DNA from: Actinomycetota bacterium
Lineage (GTDB): Bacteria; Actinomycetota; Actinomycetes; Actinomycetales; Microbacteriaceae
Direction: 5' to 3'
Assembly (NCBI GenBank): GCA_009704945.1
Contig: WLDG01000004.1
Coordinates: 6,974 to 70,973 of the forward strand
Length of the DNA: 64,000 nucleotides
The notes beneath the pieces were generated by a model, which ran no database searches, had not been told where the DNA came from, and was given only the letters and a program-made list of their open reading frames with translations. Position 1 is the first letter of the stretch. Every line of letters begins with the position of its first letter. The position numbers and the translations under genes were made by a program. Positions 57,221-64,000 of the stretch are shown one piece after another.

Positions 57221-59761
57221 ATGCCCAAACATTCCTCAGTAGGTAGAAAACGGCTGTCCTTCAGGCTAGCTGCACCATTTGCTGCACTCTCTTTGGTTGG
57301 TGTTGGGCTGGTGCCTATCGCTATTGCGAGTTCCACAATTCAGGTTTCTGTCTTTAGTTATCCGGGGCTGACTGAAGGCAACATGTCTTGCTCTGATGAA
57401 GTAGACAATCTAGAGGAAATCATTTTAGGGATTCCTGGCTACACGGTTGATCGCACCATCACAACTTTGGCTGATACGGGTGGCACCACACTTCTTCAAA
57501 GACTCAATGCCAGCAGGTTCTTTTTCGTACCTGACATGGAAAGTGCATTCAACGTGAATAGCACATCTGACTTCCCTTCAACGGCTGTCACTGCTTTTCA
57601 AACATGGTTGAACGATGGTGGAGTGCTGGTCATGACTGGTACACATGGCACCAAGGACATTGATTTTCTAAACAAGATCACAAGTTGGGGCCTTGCATCA
57701 GCGACAGGCCGGAACGGGGCAACGAGAAATGATGCCAATGCTTCTGGAACTCCGTTTGGCGATGCTTCGCTAGCGAGCACTACTCTGGGAGTGCCCAGTG
57801 CAACGGAGTCTGTCAACAAAAACACTGCACCAGGAAGTGCTAACTTCAAGGCGATGTGGGGTGTTGATAACCAGGCGGCAGTCGCAACGATGACCTACGG
57901 CCGAGGCACAATCATCTACCTTGGATGGGATTTCTTTAACTCCGGTCTCAATGAGGGAACAAATGCGCCTTGTCCTGCAAATAGTGACAACTGGGTCCAA
58001 AAGATTGTTCCCGCGGCTCTTGAATACGCTGCACAGCTTTCCGCTTCCGGACTTACCAATCCAACCAGTACTGGTGGAACACTGAATTATTCATTTGCTA
58101 ACAATGGAACCAGCTACTACGTTATTGTGCCTCGCGCCGCAACCGCACCCACTGCTGCTCAAGTTAAGGCTGGAGTTGATTACGGCGCAGTCACTGTGAC
58201 TCGAGCGGGCAATTCTCCTCAGAATGCCAACACGGAGATCAACTTCTCTATTACTGGTCTAACACCGGCAACCGATTACACGGCCTATATGGTGACTGAA
58301 TGGAACAGTCCAGCAGAGCTCTCAGCTGTAGAGACTCTAGAGTTTTCGACTGCACCTGGCACCCCCACGGTAAGTTCCGTAAGCGCTGGTAATACTGAAG
58401 TGTCTGTCGCGATTGCCCCATTTGGGACAGAGACTAACTTCGAATACAGCATTGATGGCGGTTCAAACTGGGTTGCCAGATCCCCATCGGCAGTCACTAC
58501 TCCTTGGGTGATTACTGGGCTTACCAACGGACAGTCCTACAGCTTCACATTTAGATCTTCATTCAGAACACTGCGAAGTTCTGCAACTTCGGCCTCATCT
58601 GTAACACCTGTTGGGGTTCCAGGTGCACCAACCAGCGTTTCAGGCACGGCCACAGGATCAAGCATTGCACTTAGCTGGACTGCACCAGCCAGTAATGGAG
58701 GAAGTGCAATAACTGGCTACAAGATTGAAGTATCTACTGACAATGGCTCTACCTGGACCACAGTCACGGCCAATACTGGAAACACTTCGACCAGTGCCAC
58801 CATTAGTCAGCTTTCGACTGGGAACTACCGTTATCGAGTCAGTGCCCTCAACACAAACGGAAGCTCTCTAGCATCAACTGCCTCGACTGCTGTGTCAGTT
58901 ACCGCCAGTGCTCCAGGGCTGCCGACCAATTTGGGCATTTCTCACAACGGTTTTGGTTCTGCAACCGTCAGTTGGGATCCTCCCACCAGCGATGGAGGTA
59001 GCGCCGTTACCGGTTACGTTGTGGAGTATGAAGTAGGCGGCACTTGGCAGACCTTGACACCAAGTGGGCGTGTAGCCACGGTTTCTGGAGTTTGGCCGAA
59101 TCAAGGATGGTCGTTCCGCGTGGCAGCAACGAACACGGTTGGAACTGGCAGTTTTGCCGTTCAAACTCACACACCACCCCCGCCATTCACTGGCCCCATC
59201 ATCACCAAGTTCTCTTCAAATGAGATTCCGGCTGGTTCCGGAACTAGTGTCAATTTGGAAGGTCTTCGACTGGGTCAAATCACAGAATTCTGGATCGGCA
59301 ATCAAAAACTCTCTCACACGACTGACCCATCCGGACGTGTCACCCTTCAACTACCAGCATTGGTTGCTGGAACACATAACTTGCGGATTATCTACTCTGG
59401 CGGTGCAGTCCTAATTCACCAAGATGCCTTCAGAGTCTCAAGGCCTAATGCTGGGGAAGCTCGCCCTCTGCGCTTCACAAGTTTTGCTGGAGACAGTTTC
59501 CGGTTAACTCCGGCGGCCCGTGCAGTAATTTCCGATGTGCTTAGCGGTTATTCAGGGATCAAGAAGATTACCTGCATAGGTTCAACCTCAGGGAACCGGG
59601 TCACAGCCTCTGACCAAAGACTTGCTTTTAGGCGGGCTCAAGAAGCCTGTAATCATGCAAGACAATTTGCTCCCACCGCTGAAATTGAGTTACGAGCAAA
59701 TCCAGCCGCCGGAATAGGCCCGCGCTTTAGAGGCGTGACTCTCCAAATCATCTCTGGTTAA
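57221..59761 (+). CDS. Secreted fibronectin type III repeat protein with IPT-like and OmpA-like C-terminal domains
   Basis: Signal/TM segment; FN3 motifs (LSWTAPASNGGSAITGY...YRVSALN); C-terminal F.GDS..L...CIGSTS...LAFRRAQ...R.V. Confidence 0.82.
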   Translation: MPKHSSVGRKRLSFRLAAPFAALSLVGVGLVPIAIASSTIQVSVFSYPGLTEGNMSCSDEVDNLEEIILGIPGYTVDRTITTLADTGGTTLLQRLNASRFFFVPDMESAFNVNSTSDFPSTAVTAFQTWLNDGGVLVMTGTHGTKDIDFLNKITSWGLASATGRNGATRNDANASGTPFGDASLASTTLGVPSATESVNKNTAPGSANFKAMWGVDNQAAVATMTYGRGTIIYLGWDFFNSGLNEGTNAPCPANSDNWVQKIVPAALEYAAQLSASGLTNPTSTGGTLNYSFANNGTSYYVIVPRAATAPTAAQVKAGVDYGAVTVTRAGNSPQNANTEINFSITGLTPATDYTAYMVTEWNSPAELSAVETLEFSTAPGTPTVSSVSAGNTEVSVAIAPFGTETNFEYSIDGGSNWVARSPSAVTTPWVITGLTNGQSYSFTFRSSFRTLRSSATSASSVTPVGVPGAPTSVSGTATGSSIALSWTAPASNGGSAITGYKIEVSTDNGSTWTTVTANTGNTSTSATISQLSTGNYRYRVSALNTNGSSLASTASTAVSVTASAPGLPTNLGISHNGFGSATVSWDPPTSDGGSAVTGYVVEYEVGGTWQTLTPSGRVATVSGVWPNQGWSFRVAATNTVGTGSFAVQTHTPPPPFTGPIITKFSSNEIPAGSGTSVNLEGLRLGQITEFWIGNQKLSHTTDPSGRVTLQLPALVAGTHNLRIIYSGGAVLIHQDAFRVSRPNAGEARPLRFTSFAGDSFRLTPAARAVISDVLSGYSGIKKITCIGSTSGNRVTASDQRLAFRRAQEACNHARQFAPTAEIELRANPAAGIGPRFRGVTLQIISG

Positions 59762-60609
59762 TGACCCTTGGGGTGCCAGACAGTCTTTAGCTCCATCAAA
59801 TCAAGAATGTGTTGCAGGGTTCCCTTTGAACTGGTGCGCTCGTAGGTGTCTGGCCTGATAACCCTCTTGACTGTTCCCGCTGCCAGAACTTCTAGTTCTG
59901 CTGGGTTAGAGGAGCCTTCAAGGTCAACTGCGTTGACGTCCATGTGGCTAACTAGCCATGAGGACAATTCTGTTTCTTTGCCACTTAGGATGTTTACCAC
60001 TCCACCTGGCAGGTCGGAGGTTGCGAGGACTTCTCCGAAGGTTAGGGCTGGAAGTGAAAGTTTTTCGCTTGTGACAACGACTACTGCATTGCCAGAGACA
60101 ATTGCTGGGGCAATGGTGTTCACAAAGCCAACCAGGGCTGAGTCTTGCGGTGCAAATGCTCCAACTACTCCGGTTGGTTGGTTGGTTGAAATGTTGAAGA
60201 AGGGTCCCGCTACTGGGTTCATGGATCCTGCAACTGAGTCAATCTTGTCTGTCCAACCGGCATGCCAAACCCATGAGTCGATTGCTGCATCGACTTCTTG
60301 GCTGGCTTGTCGCTCTGATTTGCCAGTTAGCTCTCTGATTTCTTCAATGAACTGATCTCTTCTGCCTTCGAGCATTTCAGCGATGCGGTAAAGAACCTGT
60401 CCTCTGTTATAGGCACTGGCTGAGGCCCACCCAGGTTGAGCAGCTCTTGCTGCAACAACTGCGTCTCTGACGTCTTTTCTGGAAGCTAGTGAAACATTGG
60501 CTAGGTGGTTGCCTTTGTGGTCTTCTACTTTGTAGCTTCTGCCAGATTCACTTCTGGGGAACTTTCCACCAATGAAGAGCTTGTAGGTCTTTTTAACTTC
60601 TAGTCTCAT
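59758..60609 (-). CDS. Short aldehyde dehydrogenase-family protein (NAD-binding domain only)
   Basis: Motifs KLFIGGKFPRSESGR and LPGGVVNILSG; no ELGGK or catalytic Cys region. Confidence 0.85.
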   Translation of the reverse strand: MRLEVKKTYKLFIGGKFPRSESGRSYKVEDHKGNHLANVSLASRKDVRDAVVAARAAQPGWASASAYNRGQVLYRIAEMLEGRRDQFIEEIRELTGKSERQASQEVDAAIDSWVWHAGWTDKIDSVAGSMNPVAGPFFNISTNQPTGVVGAFAPQDSALVGFVNTIAPAIVSGNAVVVVTSEKLSLPALTFGEVLATSDLPGGVVNILSGKETELSSWLVSHMDVNAVDLEGSSNPAELEVLAAGTVKRVIRPDTYERTSSKGTLQHILDLMELKTVWHPKGH

Positions 60610-60611
60610 GA

Positions 60612-62039
60612 TTAGTGACCTCCCTTGAGGTAGGCGGTTAGTCCCTGTCTTCCGCCCTCACGGCCATAACCGGATTCTTTGAATCCACCAAATGGTGAGG
60701 TTGGGTCAAACTGGTTGAAGGTATTGCTCCAGATCACACCGGCATTTAGTTGATCGGCCACCTTGAGCATCTTCGAGCCCTTCTCGGTCCAGATTCCTGC
60801 TGATAATCCGTATTCGGTGTTGTTTGCCTTCGTTACTGCTTCAGCTGGTGTTCTGAATGTAATGACGCTCAAGACTGGTCCAAAGATTTCTTCTCTGGCA
60901 ACTGTGTTGGCGGGGCTTACGCCATCAATGATGGCTGGGGCAAACCAGAAGCCATTCTTTGGAATCTTGCACTCTGGTTGCCAGAGTTCTCCACCCTCAT
61001 TGACACCCTTCTTCACAAGACCCTTGATCTTTTCAAGTTGAGCCTTTGAGTTAATGGCTCCAACATCGGTGTTTTTGTCCATGGGGTCACCAAGTCTGAG
61101 TGAATTCATTCTTCTCTTCAGCTTCTTGATGAAGTCATCATGGATGTTTTCCTGAACCAGCAGTCTGCTGCCTGCGCAGCAGACATGGCCTTGGTTGAAG
61201 AAGATTCCGTTGACTACGCCCTCAATGGCTTGGTCAATCGGAGCATCGTCAAACACGATGTTGGCGGCTTTGCCGCCGAGTTCCAGGGTGAGCTTCTTCT
61301 TGGTTCCAGCTACTGCCTTGGCAATGATCTTTCCGACTTGGGTGGAGCCGGTGAAGGCAACTTTGTTGATGTCTGGGTGTTTTACAAGTTCTGCTCCGGT
61401 GTCGCCGTGACCGGTGACTATGTTTACTACTCCCGCTGGTAGTTCTGCCTGCTGGCAGATCTCGGCAAACAGCAGGGCTGTTAGGGGAGTGGTTTCAGAA
61501 GGTTTTAGGACTACGGTGTTTCCTGCAGCTAGGGCAGGAGCTATCTTCCAGGCCAGCATCATCAGGGGGAAGTTCCAGGGAATGATTTGGCCCGCAACTC
61601 CCAGTGACTTGGGGTTTGAGCCAAGTCCTGCGTATTCAAGCTTGTCTGCCCAACCGGCGTAGTAGAAGAACCAGGAGATAGCTGTTGGCACATCGAAGTC
61701 TCTGGTTTCTTTGATTGGTTTGCCATTGTTTAAAGTCTCGGCAACTGCAAGCTCTCTTGCTCGCTCTTGCATGATTCTTGCGATGCGGTAGAGGTATTTG
61801 CCTCGCTCTGAACCCGATAGCTTGCTCCAGGTTTTCTCATAGGCAGTTCTTGCTGCTTTGACTGCCAGGTCTACGTCTTTGGCGCTTCCGTGAGAGATCT
61901 CACTCAGGACTTCTTCGGTGGCAGGGTTGATGGTTTGGTAGGTGTTAGAGGGCTTTGTGAATTTGCCGTTTATGAAGTGGCCATAGGAGGAAGCAAAGCT
62001 AACCAGCTTTGCTTCCGGGGCTTTTGAGTATTCGAACAT
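60612..62039 (-). CDS. Aldehyde dehydrogenase
   Basis: Motifs PWNFP, KPSE, FTGST, LELGGK, GHVCCAG and EEIFGPV; RBS AGGAG before MFEY. Confidence 0.94.
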   Translation of the reverse strand: MFEYSKAPEAKLVSFASSYGHFINGKFTKPSNTYQTINPATEEVLSEISHGSAKDVDLAVKAARTAYEKTWSKLSGSERGKYLYRIARIMQERARELAVAETLNNGKPIKETRDFDVPTAISWFFYYAGWADKLEYAGLGSNPKSLGVAGQIIPWNFPLMMLAWKIAPALAAGNTVVLKPSETTPLTALLFAEICQQAELPAGVVNIVTGHGDTGAELVKHPDINKVAFTGSTQVGKIIAKAVAGTKKKLTLELGGKAANIVFDDAPIDQAIEGVVNGIFFNQGHVCCAGSRLLVQENIHDDFIKKLKRRMNSLRLGDPMDKNTDVGAINSKAQLEKIKGLVKKGVNEGGELWQPECKIPKNGFWFAPAIIDGVSPANTVAREEIFGPVLSVITFRTPAEAVTKANNTEYGLSAGIWTEKGSKMLKVADQLNAGVIWSNTFNQFDPTSPFGGFKESGYGREGGRQGLTAYLKGGH

Positions 62040-62046
62040 TTCTCTC

Positions 62047-63003
62047 CTAGTCCACACTCACATAGTCACTACCGGAGTAGTTACCTGATACAAGCTTCTT
62101 GCGCTGCATTAGTACATCGTTTAGCAAACTTGATGCTCCAAATCTGAATAGATCTGGGTTTAGCCACTCATCTCCTGCTGTTTCTTTCACTACCACCAGG
62201 TATTTCAGGGCGTCTTTGGCTGTCCTGATTCCACCAGCTGGCTTCACACCAATCCTCTGCTTGGTGAGGTCATACCAGTCTCTGACCGCTTCCAGCATTA
62301 GAAGAGTTATTGGAAGAGTTGCGTTGACTGTTACTTTGCCGGTTGAGGTCTTAATGAAATCTGCTCCCGCCAGCATGGCCAGGTAGCTGGCTCGTCTGAT
62401 GTTGTCATAGGTCTGCAGTTCTCCTGTTTCCAAGATCACTTTCAGATGGGCATACTTGCCATTTTTCTGTTTGCAGGCTTCTTTCACTGCCTTGATTTGT
62501 TTGAAAACCTCTAGGTAGTCGCCTGAGAGGAAGGCTCCTCTATCGATCACCATGTCAATCTCGTCAGCGCCGTTGGCGACTGCTTCTTTGGTGTCCTGCA
62601 GCTTTACCTTGAGTGATGCTCTGCCAGAAGGGAAGGCGGTCGCTACCGCTGCCACGTAGATGCCGCTCTTACCTAAGGTTTCTTTGGCATAGGGAACCAT
62701 GTCGCCATAGACACAGATGGCTGCCGGTCTTGGGCAGCTTGGGTCATCCTCGTCTGGGGTTAGTGCTTTCAGACAAAGCGATCTGACTCTTTGGGGAGTG
62801 TCCATGCCCTCCAGGGTGGTTAGGTCCATCATCTTGATGGCCATGTCTAAGCCCCAGGCTTTGGATTCAGTTTTGATTGATCTTGTAGATAAAGAGGCAG
62901 CTCTTTGCTCTAGCCCAACCTTGTCTACTCCAGAAAGGGAGTAGAGCCAGGCTCTTAGGGATTTGTTGGTAATAGTTCCACCAACTAGTTTTTCAGGCTG
63001 CAA
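62047..63003 (-). CDS. deoC: Deoxyribose-phosphate aldolase
   Basis: Motifs DLTTL, FPSG, GADEIDMV, KVILETGEL, DFIKTSTGK and KPAGGIR. Confidence 0.95.
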   Translation of the reverse strand: MQPEKLVGGTITNKSLRAWLYSLSGVDKVGLEQRAASLSTRSIKTESKAWGLDMAIKMMDLTTLEGMDTPQRVRSLCLKALTPDEDDPSCPRPAAICVYGDMVPYAKETLGKSGIYVAAVATAFPSGRASLKVKLQDTKEAVANGADEIDMVIDRGAFLSGDYLEVFKQIKAVKEACKQKNGKYAHLKVILETGELQTYDNIRRASYLAMLAGADFIKTSTGKVTVNATLPITLLMLEAVRDWYDLTKQRIGVKPAGGIRTAKDALKYLVVVKETAGDEWLNPDLFRFGASSLLNDVLMQRKKLVSGNYSGSDYVSVD

Positions 63004-63035
63004 AGGTTTTCTCCTAGGACCTAAAAAGCCTACCT

Positions 63036-63875
63036 TTATACCGAGAAACCCTCACCTGTTAGCTCTTCACTTATTTCCCATAATCTCTTCATCACATCAA
63101 GCCTCTGAGAGTGCTTGCTGCCCGCAATTAGCTTGGGCTCGCCCCAGGCTTCAAATCTTGGTCCAATGAACTCGCCGCCTCTGAAGCCTGGATCGAGCGC
63201 AGCTCTGATCTGGCTTCTGGCCCCCACCTCTGCCTTTTGAGCCAGGAAGTCAAAGGTGTTGGGGTAGTTGGCTTGCAGGCCGGTGAGTGCCCAGCCGGGG
63301 TGGGCAGCAATAGAGAGAATCTTGCTGCCAGCTTGCTTACTTCTTATATCAAGCTCTCTGGCAAAGAACAGGCAGGCAAGCTTGCTGTCGGCATATCTGC
63401 CCCAGCGGTCATACTTACCTGTTGCTCCTGCCATCTCCTCTTTGCTGTTTGCTTCCAGCTTGGAGCGCCTGTGGACAACTGACGACAACGAAATTACTCT
63501 CCCGCTATCCTTCGCCAGCTTCTGCCAGAGCAGGTTGGTGAGTAGGAAGTGGCCCAGGTGGTTAGTTGCCATCTGCGATTCAATGCCCTGCGGAGAGAGC
63601 TTGAAGTCAGGACCCATTAGGCCTGCGTTATTCATCAGGACATCAATGGTTTGAGTTTGCTGCTTGGCCAAGTCATTTACTTGATCAAAATCAGAAACAT
63701 CCAGCACTTGGGCTTCAATAGAAGCCGCTGGGTATTTGTTCTTTAGTTCTTCGGCCGCTTGGTTGAGTCGCTGTTCGCCTCTGGCCAGCATCAGGATGTT
63801 GTGGCCTTCTTTGGCAAAGCTTTCGGCGCTCGCCAGCCCTAGTCCGGAGCTGGCTCCGGTGATGATGATTCTCAT
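63036..63875 (-). CDS. SDR-family oxidoreductase (retinol dehydrogenase/WWOX-like)
   Basis: Motifs TGASSGLG, NNAG, NHLGHF, YADSK and HPG. Confidence 0.92.
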   Translation of the reverse strand: MRIIITGASSGLGLASAESFAKEGHNILMLARGEQRLNQAAEELKNKYPAASIEAQVLDVSDFDQVNDLAKQQTQTIDVLMNNAGLMGPDFKLSPQGIESQMATNHLGHFLLTNLLWQKLAKDSGRVISLSSVVHRRSKLEANSKEEMAGATGKYDRWGRYADSKLACLFFARELDIRSKQAGSKILSIAAHPGWALTGLQANYPNTFDFLAQKAEVGARSQIRAALDPGFRGGEFIGPRFEAWGEPKLIAGSKHSQRLDVMKRLWEISEELTGEGFSV

Positions 63876-64000
63876 TAGATCTTTAGCAGCCTCTCGATAT
63901 CTCCAAAAACCTCCATGCCAGAAGTAGTTGCTGTTGACTGAAGTAGCAACTGTCCATCTTTGGTGTGTTTAACTTCAACCACGCCATCTAATGTTTCTTC
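63875..64000 (-). CDS. 3' end of an unidentified gene (truncated by window edge)
   Basis: Open frame EETLDGVVEVK...FGDIERLLKI*; TAATG overlap with the SDR start. Confidence 0.6.
   Translation of the reverse strand, partial: EETLDGVVEVKHTKDGQLLLQSTATTSGMEVFGDIERLLKI

Noticed and set aside
1-64000. tRNA, rRNA, IS, prophage or defence genes
   Set aside because: I saw no cloverleaf, rRNA-like, transposase, integrase, phage hallmark or defence motifs. Intergenic gaps are short and mostly accounted for.

Overview
This is a gene-dense window of about 50% GC. I infer it comes from a small-genome aquatic actinobacterium, probably a Luna-cluster Microbacteriaceae (Aquiluna/Rhodoluna-like). The basis is an actinorhodopsin, many leaderless TANNNT-N6-start genes and the gene families present. 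The left part (1-31 kb) is mostly metabolic: tctB/tctA, an MFS transporter, two-component genes, a collagen-like protein, a beta-CASP nuclease, a DivIVA-like coiled coil, a carotenoid desaturase/elongase pair, a TPP-dehydrogenase + glucitol-type PTS operon lacking srlD, rlmN, a sugar ABC transporter, a P450, a nitroreductase and a DTE proton-pumping rhodopsin. The right part (31-60 kb) is a cell-surface region. It has eight paralogous secreted proteins with a shared C-terminus, then psuG and a pfkB kinase. Next come three S-layer-like genes with conserved 5' and 3' ends around divergent cores, interleaved with two GAF-LuxR regulators. The three genes share a structured leader with compensatory base changes and a TGTCCGGACA-type palindrome upstream; copies 2 and 3 also have poly-G tracts upstream. 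This surface-switching-like locus is the best candidate for an undescribed system. An FN3/OmpA-like protein and a deoC-aldehyde dehydrogenase cluster close the window. I saw no tRNA, rRNA, CRISPR array, transposase, integrase or reverse transcriptase. All calls are by motif recognition and no database searches were run.
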